Positions 63,775 through 64,000 of a stretch of 64,000 nt of DNA are shown here, in pieces (position 1 is the first letter of the stretch; each line of letters begins with the position of its first letter). This DNA is from Vicinamibacterales bacterium. Its GTDB lineage: Bacteria; Acidobacteriota; Vicinamibacteria; Vicinamibacterales; 2-12-FULL-66-21. The stretch spans positions 5,357-69,356 of the forward strand of contig JBBQEJ010000005.1 in the NCBI GenBank assembly GCA_038320555.1. Direction: 5' to 3'. The notes below the pieces were generated by a model. That model ran no database searches, had not been told where the DNA came from, and saw nothing but the letters and a program-made list of their open reading frames with translations. The position numbers and the translations under genes were made by a program.

Positions 63775-64000
63775 GTGAAAGAAGGGAACAAGAGCCGGAC
63801 CGGGCCGCGCAAGGCGGCAGCCGACGCGTCGGAGCCGGTATCCGAGCTCACCACCAACCGGCTGTCGGTGTACTTGCGCTGCCTGAACGTGCTCGACGCG
63901 GCTGGCGTGCGCACCGTGTCCTCGCAGGGGCTGGCCGAACAGTTTCACCTCAACGCCGCCCAGATCCGGAAAGACCTCGCGTACTTCGGCGAGTTCGGGG
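63775..64000 (+). CDS. rex: Redox-sensing transcriptional repressor Rex, N-terminal part (runs off the window)
   Basis: Hand translation from GTG 63775: ...TNRLSVYLRCLNVLDAAGVRTVSSQGLAEQFHLNAAQIRKDLAYFGEFG. Confidence 0.8.
   Translation, partial: MKEGNKSRTGPRKAAADASEPVSELTTNRLSVYLRCLNVLDAAGVRTVSSQGLAEQFHLNAAQIRKDLAYFGEFG

Noticed and set aside
1-64000. Search for tRNA, rRNA, transposase, integrase or prophage genes
   Set aside because: No ORF showed recombinase, transposase or phage structural motifs. I saw no tRNA-like T-arm motif (GGTTCGAATCC) and no rRNA-like segments. This was inspection by eye only, so small ncRNAs could have been missed.

Overview
High-GC (about two thirds G+C by eye) bacterial chromosomal segment, densely coding on both strands. 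The gene content (MoxR/DUF58/BatA/DUF4159 cluster, GT-C membrane glycosyltransferases, several M28 peptidases) suggests an Acidobacteriota-like soil bacterium, but that taxonomic guess is weak. The main blocks are as follows. (1) 1-15 kb is a phosphate/polyphosphate supercluster: porin-pstSCA, an orphan PhoB-like regulator, sixA-CHAD, ppx, two tandem thymidylate-kinase-like genes, and pstB-phoU. It is interrupted by a decayed arsenic-resistance islet and glgC. (2) 15-25 kb holds yacG, a citrate synthase carrying one in-frame TAA, an M28 peptidase, a LeuA-like synthase, an FHA-GAF-PP2C signalling operon, and a metal-uptake locus (binding protein plus permease, no ATPase) with a beta-barrel outer-membrane protein. 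(3) 25.8-39.7 kb is an eight-gene co-directional MoxR AAA+/DUF58/vWA cluster. (4) 39.8-47.3 kb has two GT-C glycosyltransferases, two ICMT-family methyltransferases, a geranylgeranyl-reductase-like flavoprotein and a stand-alone KAS-II-like ketosynthase. (5) 47-64 kb is mostly housekeeping: lon, peptidases, a YitJ-like Hcy-MT/MTHFR, an orphan nuoI, LytS/LytTR-lepB-CDF, an acyl-CoA ligase and the 5' part of rex. I saw no rRNA, tRNA, CRISPR array, transposase or integrase. The most unusual signal is non-coding. Most intergenic spacers of about 25 bp or more are built from low-GC degenerate tandem 7-10 bp words, often a purine-rich arm followed by its pyrimidine-rich complement. Two dispersed repeat families are also present: a roughly 175-bp MITE-like palindromic element and a roughly 70-bp hairpin element.
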